From: a virus
Taxonomy: Duplodnaviria; Caudoviricetes
Strand: one strand, 5' to 3'
DNA length: 55,178 nt
Virus record (IMG/VR): IMGVR_UViG_3300002001_000006
Span: 1 to 55,178 of that record
Below are positions 47,972-55,178 of this stretch, one piece after another. The notes beneath the pieces were generated by a model, which was not told where the DNA came from, did not search any database, and saw nothing but the letters and a program-made list of their open reading frames with translations. Position numbers and translations under genes: made by a program. Numbering within the stretch: the first letter of the stretch is position 1; each line of letters starts with the position of its first letter.

Positions 47972-48199
47972 ATGAGTAGAATAAATGAATTAAAAAATGT
48001 TATAGATGAAGAAATTGCAAAAGGAGAATTTTGGGATAAAAACGCTAATGGAGAATTACCAACAGTAATAAAAGAAGATTTAGAAATAGCAAATCCTTTT
48101 AGAGATGAAACAGATTATTTTGATGTAAACCCAATGGAATATTATAATTTTACAAATGAAGAAATGGAAGTTTATTACAAAGGATGGAACATAAAATAA
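47972..48199 (+). CDS. Highly acidic small protein (DNA-mimic or anti-defence candidate)
   Basis: D/E- and aromatic-rich; first gene after a consensus promoter. Confidence 0.65.
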   Translation: MSRINELKNVIDEEIAKGEFWDKNANGELPTVIKEDLEIANPFRDETDYFDVNPMEYYNFTNEEMEVYYKGWNIK

Positions 48200-48224
48200 A
48201 TTAAATACGAGAGGATAGATAAAA

Positions 48225-49472
48225 ATGAAAATAAACAAAAGCTTTTATATAGAACCACATGAAAAAGCAAATATAATAACTGAATCATTTGGGATAGATT
48301 GTGGATATGAAAATAAAATATGTGATATAGATATCCCAAACGAATATGAAATCTTGTATATTACTGGAGAAAGCGGAAGTGGGAAAAGCACAATATGTAA
48401 TGAACTTTTATCAAATTACAGCAATGAACCCATTCCATATGAAAAACCATTATTTTTATGGAATGGCGTGGAAATTGAACAACAATTAAAAATGATAGAA
48501 ATCTTATGTTTGGTTGGGTTATCAGATGCAACTATATTTATAAACTATTATAATAATTTATCGGATAGCCAAAAAGCAAGGGCGAGAATAGTTCTAGAAT
48601 TAATGAGTAGTAAAGAAACTATTGTTATTGATGAATTTTTAAGCACATTAGATAGAAAAACTGCAAAGGCAGTAGCTTATTGTACACAAAAAGCTATAAG
48701 AAAATATAATAAAAAAGCAATACTCGTAACCGCACATGATGATTTAACTAATTATATAATGCCAACTTATATAATTAAAGGTAATGCGTTTCCTTCAAGA
48801 TGGAACATAGAAAAATACAGTAATCCACATATTAATTCTATACAAAATAAATTAGTTTTAAAATATGGAGATAAAGAATATTATAAAAATTTAAGATTAG
48901 GAGAACTTCACTATAAAGGCAAATATACTGGAGGAACAAAAGAATATTTATATGCACTTTTAGAAGACGAGTGTATAGGCGTATTAGTAAGCACATATAG
49001 GATGCACGATGGAGGTCGAAGAATATCACGTGTAGTTGTACATCCTTCTTATAGAAGTTGTGGTGTGGGGATGCAAATGGTAAAGACATATTTAAAAAAT
49101 TTCCCTAATGCTGATGTTATAGCGGTTATGGCTTTATTTAATCCAGTGTTTGAAAAAGCGGGGATGAATAGGGTTGAAGATACAATTGTAAAACCACCAA
49201 CAGGATTAAAAAAAGATTTGATAAATATAAATTTTGATATTTCTAAATGGTTTAGTAAGCATTATTGTAATGAATTTTGCAAAGAAAAAGAAAACAGAAA
49301 AATTATTTCAAAATATGGTAAAAATTCAACTAATTTAGTGCAACCAGGAGGGAAAAAATTAACAATAGAAGAAATAGAAACTAAAATATTAGGCGATGAA
49401 GTCACTGCGGGTAGAGTTTTATGGGGACTACGTGAAAGAAAATTAGCTAAATATATAGGTAAAGGAGAATAA
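48225..49472 (+). CDS. ABC-type ATPase fused to a GNAT acetyltransferase
   Basis: GESGSGKS, LSDSQ, IVIDEF, TAH; GNAT motif A RVVVHPSYRSCGVG. Confidence 0.85.
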   Translation: MKINKSFYIEPHEKANIITESFGIDCGYENKICDIDIPNEYEILYITGESGSGKSTICNELLSNYSNEPIPYEKPLFLWNGVEIEQQLKMIEILCLVGLSDATIFINYYNNLSDSQKARARIVLELMSSKETIVIDEFLSTLDRKTAKAVAYCTQKAIRKYNKKAILVTAHDDLTNYIMPTYIIKGNAFPSRWNIEKYSNPHINSIQNKLVLKYGDKEYYKNLRLGELHYKGKYTGGTKEYLYALLEDECIGVLVSTYRMHDGGRRISRVVVHPSYRSCGVGMQMVKTYLKNFPNADVIAVMALFNPVFEKAGMNRVEDTIVKPPTGLKKDLININFDISKWFSKHYCNEFCKEKENRKIISKYGKNSTNLVQPGGKKLTIEEIETKILGDEVTAGRVLWGLRERKLAKYIGKGE

Positions 49473-49474
49473 AA

Positions 49475-49684
49475 GTGGGTAAAACAATCAGCATAAACGA
49501 ACCAATAACAGGAACTAAAGCTATGTTCCCTAAGGGTGGCAATGGCAATATAACACCAAAAATAAATATTCCTAAAAGTTGGATGGATGCTTTAGGAGTA
49601 ACAGAATCAGAACCAAACATCAAAAAGACTTTTCAAGATGGCAAGATTATAATTGAGAAAGAAGGGCAAATAAATGGAATATAG
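49475..49684 (+). CDS. AbrB-like regulator
   Basis: GG.G....KI.IPK.W...LGVT......F..GKIIIEK. Confidence 0.75.
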   Translation: MGKTISINEPITGTKAMFPKGGNGNITPKINIPKSWMDALGVTESEPNIKKTFQDGKIIIEKEGQINGI

Positions 49685-49886
49685 CAAACAATTCGACTAT
49701 GAAGGTATAACAATCCTATTTGATACTTTAGCTATAAGCAAAGAATATCCAACATTTTATATAGCAACTAGAAAAGGCAATCATAAGGTATCAGCCTTTA
49801 TCCCAAAACGTAAATTAAAATGTACTGGAGTTTTAAAAGTTTCTGATAATTATTCGGTTGTTAGTTTTACATTTAATGAACAATGA
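49674..49886 (+). CDS. Hypothetical protein
   Basis: Overlapping ORF with RBS. Confidence 0.55.
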   Translation: MEYSKQFDYEGITILFDTLAISKEYPTFYIATRKGNHKVSAFIPKRKLKCTGVLKVSDNYSVVSFTFNEQ

Positions 49887-49906
49887 GCAGAAAGGGTGAG
49901 GTAACT

Positions 49907-50137
49907 ATGAATTGGTTTAGTGATAAAAATAATTTAGAACACAACAAAGAATATTTATTATGTTTAGATGTAGATAATGAAATATATAGTTTGCAACATT
50001 ACTTTAAAAAAGAAGAAGGTGATATTGTTTTTAAACAAGAAGGATTTTACTGGTTTGATTCTAGCGAAGATGTTTTTAAATATAGCCGTATACAACCAAC
50101 CTTTTGGGTGGATATAATAAAGCCTATAGCATTATAA
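49907..50137 (+). CDS. DUF551-like hypothetical protein
   Basis: M.W....., YL, PT.W..I..P. Confidence 0.55.
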   Translation: MNWFSDKNNLEHNKEYLLCLDVDNEIYSLQHYFKKEEGDIVFKQEGFYWFDSSEDVFKYSRIQPTFWVDIIKPIAL

Positions 50138-50164
50138 TTACTCGAATAACAGGAGGTTTGAAGA

Positions 50165-50335
50165 GTGGAAGAGACAATTTATATAAGTGATTTAATAAAA
50201 ACATTAGAAGAAATAAAAAATAATCATGGAGATATTGAAGTTTTAGGTTCTTTTAGTGAACCAATAGAGGACATAGCAAATATTTTAAGCATAAAAACTT
50301 TAAATGGGAATGATGAATATTTAGAAATTGGATAG
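50165..50335 (+). CDS. Small acidic protein (56 aa)
   Basis: RBS aggaggt; ISDLI..LEE.K..HGDIEV. Confidence 0.6.
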   Translation: MEETIYISDLIKTLEEIKNNHGDIEVLGSFSEPIEDIANILSIKTLNGNDEYLEIG

Positions 50336-50457
50336 TCTACACAATGCTAAAATATAAATGTACTAAGGTGGTTTTATACTGCCTTTTCTTATAATTGTAA
50401 TTATTTTAACATTATTTTCAAAGACTATATGCTTATTCAAATTATTATGATAAAATA

Positions 50458-50521
50458 AAAAAAAGAGCAAATGCTAGAACATTTACTCAATACTATAAGT
50501 TGGTCACTTATTCAATTCAAT
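50458..50521 (-). ncRNA. Predicted counter-transcript RNA in the rep leader
   Basis: Minus-strand TTGCAT-18-TATAAT (50557-50528) and terminator gagtaaatg / catttgctc plus T run. Confidence 0.55.
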
Positions 50522-50573
50522 AACTGTATTATAACCCAAAGTGGCCTTCTTATGCAACACATAGGAGGATAAA

Positions 50574-51041
50574 ATGAAAGACGGATTAGGATTAGAAAAA
50601 ATAGGAATTGAATTAGACGAGGAAATACCATATAGTATCATTGAAAATTATATATTTAATATTCAAGGGTTGAGTGCTAACAAGAAACTGTTTTTATTAA
50701 TGATTAGAAAATATGCGGGAGCTAAACAAAAACCCGCATTTCCAAGCTATTCTACACTAATGAAAGATATAGGAATTAGTAAAAGAAATGTAATATCTAA
50801 GTGTATAGACTTTTTTATTTGGCTACATTGGTTAGAAAAAATTAATAGAAGTGATTCTAAAACTAAAGAAAAATTAAGTAATTATTATATATTAAGTCTT
50901 AAAAACATACAGTTAGTTTTAGAACACTTTGAAAAAAATAAATATAAGTTTAAAGAAATAGAAAAATACTTTGAATCGGAATATAAAAAGAACAATGATA
51001 GAGAGATATTTCTATCAAACCCTTGTAAATACTTATTATAG
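50574..51041 (+). CDS. Winged-helix (HTH_36-like) Rep/initiator protein
   Basis: LS...K........Y......AFPSY.TL....G.S.R..I...I..........K..R......SN.Y.L; iterons directly downstream. Confidence 0.75.
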   Translation: MKDGLGLEKIGIELDEEIPYSIIENYIFNIQGLSANKKLFLLMIRKYAGAKQKPAFPSYSTLMKDIGISKRNVISKCIDFFIWLHWLEKINRSDSKTKEKLSNYYILSLKNIQLVLEHFEKNKYKFKEIEKYFESEYKKNNDREIFLSNPCKYLL

Positions 51042-51088
51042 AGTAGGCTTTATGCTTACTCTTTTTTTATTATATATTATATATTGAT

Positions 51089-51171
51089 AGTAACTTGAGG
51101 TTACTCACCAGTAACTTGAAGTTACCACTAGTAGTAACTTGAGGTTACTTTGGCTAGTAACTTGAGGTTAC
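51089..51171. repeat. Four palindromic iterons AGTAACTTGA(G/A)GTTAC
   Basis: Copies at 51089, 51110, 51133, 51156 (period 21-23 bp), followed by AT-rich aaaa(t/c)taaca repeats. Confidence 0.9.
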
Positions 51172-51284
51172 ATAAAAATTAACATTATAAAATTAACATA
51201 TATAAAACTAACAACAAAAAGGAACAGGACAAATTCAACTTATTCTATCCTATTCCTATTTATAGAATTTATGACAACAACAAT

Positions 51285-51316
51285 AAAAGCACCACATTAA
51301 ATTATGTGGTGCTTTT
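51285..51316. terminator. Terminator downstream of cI
   Basis: aaaagcaccacat / atgtggtgctttt. Confidence 0.8.
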
Positions 51317-51317
51317 A

Positions 51318-51596
51318 TTAATTTTGTATTCTTTTCTTACTTCTCATTATAAGTATATATGCCCTTTCTTCATCTGTTAGATTATCCATTGTTACTTTAT
51401 CGTATATATCACTATCACCAATCAAGTATGAAATAGGGACACCAAATATATCACCCATCTTTATTATCTTTTCTCCTGGTACTTCTCTTATACCCTGTTC
51501 ATATGCAGCCACCGTTGAAAAACTCACCCCAAGCTTTTCTGCTAATTCATCTCTAGACATTTTATTAATAATCCTTAAACTCTTTAACCTTTGCAT
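51318..51596 (-). CDS. CI-like XRE repressor without a peptidase domain
   Basis: RLKSLR....S..ELA..LGVS..TV..YE.G.R; divergent from cro. Confidence 0.88.
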   Translation of the reverse strand: MQRLKSLRIINKMSRDELAEKLGVSFSTVAAYEQGIREVPGEKIIKMGDIFGVPISYLIGDSDIYDKVTMDNLTDEERAYILIMRSKKRIQN

Positions 51597-51618
51597 CCTT
51601 ATTCATCCCTTTCAATGT

Positions 51619-51666
51619 ATTCTAACAAAAAGTAATTAAACTGACAAGAAGAACGTATATTCGACA
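51619..51666 (-). promoter_or_regulatory. cI promoter with adjacent LexA-like and Spo0A boxes
   Basis: TTGTCA-17-TAGAAT; AGAAC-GTAT-ATTCG at 51650-51663; TTCGACA at 51660-51666. Confidence 0.55.
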
Positions 51667-51783
51667 GTGAATAAATGCTAATCTGCAAATTTATTTAATG
51701 GCTATAATATAAATGGGGAATACTCTCAAAACAATTACATATGCAGATATTTTAAGAATATTACAATTATTTTTAAAAAAGTA

Positions 51784-51812
51784 TTTACAACTACTCGATG
51801 TAGGTGTATTAT
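51784..51812 (+). promoter_or_regulatory. Early lytic promoter with operator-like palindrome
   Basis: TTTACA-17-TATTAT; acaactac-tcgat-gtaggtgt. Confidence 0.6.
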
Positions 51813-51920
51813 AAAAATATGGAAACAACAACAAACATAAATCACACCTAACCTTACATTTCTAAGCATCGGTTAAAACCATACGCAACGTATGAAAAAT
51901 AAAACAAAGGAAGTGATTAA

Positions 51921-52100
51921 GTGAAAAAGTTACAAGAACTTAGAAAGCTAAATGGTTATAAAGGGAAAGACGTAGCATTAATACTTGGAATAAGCATTAG
52001 AACATACGAATCGTATGAACAAGGAAAGAGGAAACCTAAAATAGAAAAACTTAAACAAATGGCAAAGTTATTTAAATGTACAATAGATGATTTGGTTTAA
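51921..52100 (+). CDS. Cro-like XRE HTH protein (59 aa, missing from ORF track)
   Basis: MKKLQELRK..G....DVA..LGIS.RTY..YEQG.R.P....L..MA.LF.CTIDDLV. Confidence 0.88.
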   Translation: MKKLQELRKLNGYKGKDVALILGISIRTYESYEQGKRKPKIEKLKQMAKLFKCTIDDLV

Positions 52101-52156
52101 AAACAACTAACTAAGGATAAATAATATAAGGAGGATTAAGAAAGGGAGCAGACACG

Positions 52157-52324
52157 ATGTTAACAGGGTTTAAGGGCTATATTCAAGCATACTTAATAAT
52201 TTTATTATTAGTATTATCAATAAGAAGTTTTTTGAACTGTAAGGGCGGTTTTGAAGCACAACTTATAATGGGAACAGAATTAGGAACATTTGCATTAGCA
52301 ATAATAGGTATATCAAATATATGA
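52157..52324 (+). CDS. Small membrane protein (55 aa)
   Basis: RBS gggag; two hydrophobic segments. Confidence 0.55.
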   Translation: MLTGFKGYIQAYLIILLLVLSIRSFLNCKGGFEAQLIMGTELGTFALAIIGISNI

Positions 52325-52336
52325 GGAGGGTTAAAC

Positions 52337-52480
52337 GTGAAAAAGAAAGTAAATGTAAAAGCAACAGTTATTGTTAATATGACAGTTTGGATTAATGAAG
52401 ATATAAGTGGGAATCAAGAAATAGAAGATATAGAGGACATAAATGAAGTAGAAGATATTTTAGAATTTGAAATTATATAG
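52337..52480 (+). CDS. Small acidic protein (47 aa)
   Basis: RBS aggagg, GTG start. Confidence 0.55.
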   Translation: MKKKVNVKATVIVNMTVWINEDISGNQEIEDIEDINEVEDILEFEII

Positions 52481-52659
52481 CAAATAATTAAGGAGGATTA
52501 AAGCATGTTTAAGTTAGGCCAAACAATTAAGAGAGGTGGAGAAAACTACACAGTTTACAAGATACAAGAATTTAAAATATATGCAGAGAACAGTTTAGGA
52601 AATATTATCTGCATCCAAAGACCTAGTTATTTAAAAATAGTTTTATAGGAGGAATTAGA

Positions 52660-52827
52660 ATGAACAAACCACTTAGCAAAGAAGAATTAGATATTGAATT
52701 ATGTAATCATTGCCCGCTTACTGATTATGGTTTAACTCAAATAAATACCGCGCCATATAATTTGTGTGAAGGCATAAGGTGTGACTTGACTTATGAGGAA
52801 TATGTAGAAAATTTCGAGGAGGAATAA
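52660..52827 (+). CDS. Small Cys-containing protein (55 aa)
   Basis: RBS aggagg; LC.HCPL...CEG..C. Confidence 0.55.
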   Translation: MNKPLSKEELDIELCNHCPLTDYGLTQINTAPYNLCEGIRCDLTYEEYVENFEEE

Positions 52828-53074
52828 AAATGTCAATTTCAATTTATTCAATCAAACAAAATCTAGCGGACCTAAACGGACACAAAGAAGAATTACCAAA
52901 AGAAATTGTAGATGCTATAGAAAGGGTGACAGATGATTTTAAAGAAGTGCTTGAAATATTCGATTCAGTAAAATCAAGTATCAAAGAATAAGAAGCTAAG
53001 AAAACCGCTCAAAGTAAATCTTAGCAACTTAGAAAATTATTCAATACTAATTATATCACAGGAGGTAATAAAAT

Positions 53075-53230
53075 ATGCTAGTTAAATGTCAAAGCAAAGC
53101 TTGCATAAATAATAAAAATGGAATGTGCAACGCTGAAAGCATTGAAATAGTAGACATTGAAGAAACAGAAAATACAAAAATGAAAGACAATGATTATTCA
53201 GTATGTAAAACATTTAAGGGGGTTTATTAA
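53075..53230 (+). CDS. DUF1540-like Cys protein (51 aa)
   Basis: VKC....C..N....C.A..I.I...C.TF. Confidence 0.65.
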   Translation: MLVKCQSKACINNKNGMCNAESIEIVDIEETENTKMKDNDYSVCKTFKGVY

Positions 53231-53913
53231 TGAATACAGATAAAGTTTTATTAAATAAAGAGGAAGAGAAAATAGAACAACCAAAATTAAATATATATCA
53301 AAAATTACAACAAAGTAGAGTGGATCTTCAAAAGAAAGTATTAAAGAAAACAGGAAATAACAAGAATTTTAATTACACATATTTTGAATTAGGAGATTTT
53401 TTACCACAAATAAATGAAATATGTAATCTGAATGGGTTAAGTACTATCTTTAAGTTTGAAAGTACATTAGCAACATTGACTGTAATAGATACTGACAATA
53501 TAGAAAATAAAATTGAGTTTAGTACACCTATAGAAATAGCTACTTTAAAGATGTGCAGTGTTATACAAAACATCGGAGGGACTCAAAGCTATGCAAGAAG
53601 ATACTTATATATCATGGCGTTTGAAATAGCTGAATCTGACACAATAGACGGTGGTGAGGTTGATACGGATGCAGAGGTTGGAAAACAAAAAATAAACAAA
53701 GCTACAGTATTTACAATTAAATCTTTACTGGAAGAAACTCATTCAGATGAACATAAATTTTTAGAATGGTGCGGAGTATCTAAAATTGAGGATATTACAA
53801 ATTCAGCAATGGGAACTTGCCTTGGAAAACTTAACAAGAAAAAAGAGCAAATAATAAAAGATAAAAAAGAAGCTGAAAAAAACAAACAAATACCAAAAGA
53901 ATTAGATTTATAG
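53230..53913 (+). CDS. erf: ERF-family single-strand annealing recombinase
   Basis: NIYQKLQ..R..L....LKK.G.N....Y.YFEL.D, Q..G...SYARRYLY...FEI.E.D. Confidence 0.9.
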   Translation: MNTDKVLLNKEEEKIEQPKLNIYQKLQQSRVDLQKKVLKKTGNNKNFNYTYFELGDFLPQINEICNLNGLSTIFKFESTLATLTVIDTDNIENKIEFSTPIEIATLKMCSVIQNIGGTQSYARRYLYIMAFEIAESDTIDGGEVDTDAEVGKQKINKATVFTIKSLLEETHSDEHKFLEWCGVSKIEDITNSAMGTCLGKLNKKKEQIIKDKKEAEKNKQIPKELDL

Positions 53914-53925
53914 GGGGATTATAAA

Positions 53926-54837
53926 ATGAAAGAATTAGAAGTAATAAAACAATTACCAGTGTTAAGTGCAAACTTTGAGGATGTGAAAGCATCCCTAACA
54001 GAAACATTAAATAAATATAAAGGAATAGTAGTTACAGAGGATGGACTAAAAGATTGTAAGGCAACTCAAAAAGAACTATCTAGCCTTAGAGTTAAAATAG
54101 ATACTTATAGAAAGACAATAAAAAAAGAAGTATTAGTTCCAGTTACAGAATTTGAGGGTAAATGCAAGGAATTAGAAAAGTTAATTGTAGATGTAGAAAA
54201 TCCAATCAAAGAAGGAATTAATGTATTTGACAATCAAAGAAGAGAAGAAAAAAGAACAAAGGCTTTAGACTTTATTGCAGATGCTATAGAAAGCCATGAG
54301 TTAAAGCCTAAATATGCAAGCCAACTAAATGTATTGGATAAATATATTACGCTTGGCGGGAGTGCCAAGGCGGTAAAAGAAGATATTGAAGTTAGGGCAG
54401 AAAGTTTAAAGATTCAACAGGATTCAGAGGAAAGAGAACTTGAACAATTAATAGCCAGTATAGATATGTATGTCACTACTTTCAATGAGGATATAAACTT
54501 GAAACTTAAAGCAGAGGATTTTTACAAATACATTGATAAAGGACATAACATAATAAGTATAACGTCACTTATAAAAGAGCAACACGATAAAATTAAAGAA
54601 GCTGAAAACCCTAAACCTATTGAATCACCAAAAGAGGAAATAAAAGCAGCAGAACCAGTTAAGCAAGAAGTACAAATTCCAATGGATATGAGCAGAAATT
54701 CAGCACCAGTAAAGAAAGAACAACTATATTTCTATGATTTAAAAATAACTGCAAACTATGAAAATTGCAAAAAGTTAATTGAGTTATTAAAAAGTGTTGG
54801 TTTTGATTATGAGGTAAAAGAAAAAGGTAAGGTTTAA
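53926..54837 (+). CDS. DUF1351-family coiled-coil protein
   Basis: NFE.....L.....KY...VVTE...K..K....L......ID..RK..KK....P..EFE. Confidence 0.85.
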   Translation: MKELEVIKQLPVLSANFEDVKASLTETLNKYKGIVVTEDGLKDCKATQKELSSLRVKIDTYRKTIKKEVLVPVTEFEGKCKELEKLIVDVENPIKEGINVFDNQRREEKRTKALDFIADAIESHELKPKYASQLNVLDKYITLGGSAKAVKEDIEVRAESLKIQQDSEERELEQLIASIDMYVTTFNEDINLKLKAEDFYKYIDKGHNIISITSLIKEQHDKIKEAENPKPIESPKEEIKAAEPVKQEVQIPMDMSRNSAPVKKEQLYFYDLKITANYENCKKLIELLKSVGFDYEVKEKGKV

Positions 54838-54901
54838 ATAATTTATATGCTAGGACTTACTTAAAAGGTTCTAGCATCAATTTTAAGGGGGAATAAAAAC
54901 A

Positions 54902-55015
54902 ATGCCAGAATTAATCCTCCAAGCACAAAAAGCACTAGATAAAGACGATTTAGAAAGCTATACACGTATTCAAGAAGAAGTTAGAAAGAAATATTTAGAG
55001 GAAGAAGGGTTTTAG
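54902..55015 (+). CDS. Small hypothetical protein (37 aa)
   Basis: RBS aaggggg, abuts the next ATG. Confidence 0.45.
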   Translation: MPELILQAQKALDKDDLESYTRIQEEVRKKYLEEEGF

Positions 55016-55178
55016 ATGGATAATACGAAATGTAAACATGATAACGGAGAATGGAAAGAACATTATTGCACTAACGATTGTAACACTTGCGGATATAATA
55101 AATTAAAACTAAAACAAGAAGTTTATATAAAAGGATTAAGCGGAATTACAAAAACTTATGTATTTGAAATAAAAGGAG
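55016..55178 (+). CDS. Cys-containing hypothetical protein, continues across the circular junction to TAA at 173-175
   Basis: ATG 55016 MDNTKCKHDNGEW... reads without a stop through the overlap into ...KDVYCGKIIE*. Confidence 0.8.
   Translation, partial: MDNTKCKHDNGEWKEHYCTNDCNTCGYNKLKLKQEVYIKGLSGITKTYVFEIKG
55129..55178. repeat. Terminal overlap identical to 1-50
   Basis: Exact 50-bp match. Confidence 0.97.

Noticed and set aside
51089-51171. Mini CRISPR array
   Set aside because: Repeats are 16 bp with only 5-7 bp gaps and there are no cas genes; fits iterons or a centromere
2912-53573. Minus-strand ORFs in the track other than cI (e.g. 16791-17183, 31647-32069, 36141-36692)
   Set aside because: Shadows of well-supported plus-strand genes, without RBS or recognisable motifs

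Overview
The window is a complete, circularly closed genome of a temperate, AT-rich Clostridium-type myovirus (HK97-fold head, PBSX/Xkd-type contractile tail). Bases 1-50 are identical to 55129-55178 and an ORF reads in frame across the join, so the unit length is 55,128 bp. I find no integrase. Instead there is a plasmid-type maintenance kit: a ParM-like actin ATPase with an RHH partner, a short wHTH Rep with four palindromic iterons, a predicted counter-transcript RNA and a candidate Xer-type site. This sits alongside a separate lytic replication module and a cI/cro switch, so the element is a probable phage-plasmid. The least explained part lies right of the lysin (41.7-50.4 kb). It holds a C-rich sRNA, a parM-parR-orf3 operon, a 29-aa hydrophobic peptide behind a consensus sigma-G promoter, a VirB2-like/VirB4-like minimal translocation cassette with no relaxase, and two tandem self-regulated cassettes of small acidic genes plus an ABC-ATPase/GNAT fusion, joined by a diverged duplicate of the ATPase 3' end. 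Sporulation-sigma-like promoters also sit back-to-back with five early sigma-A promoters. All family calls come from motif recognition by eye; no database search was run.
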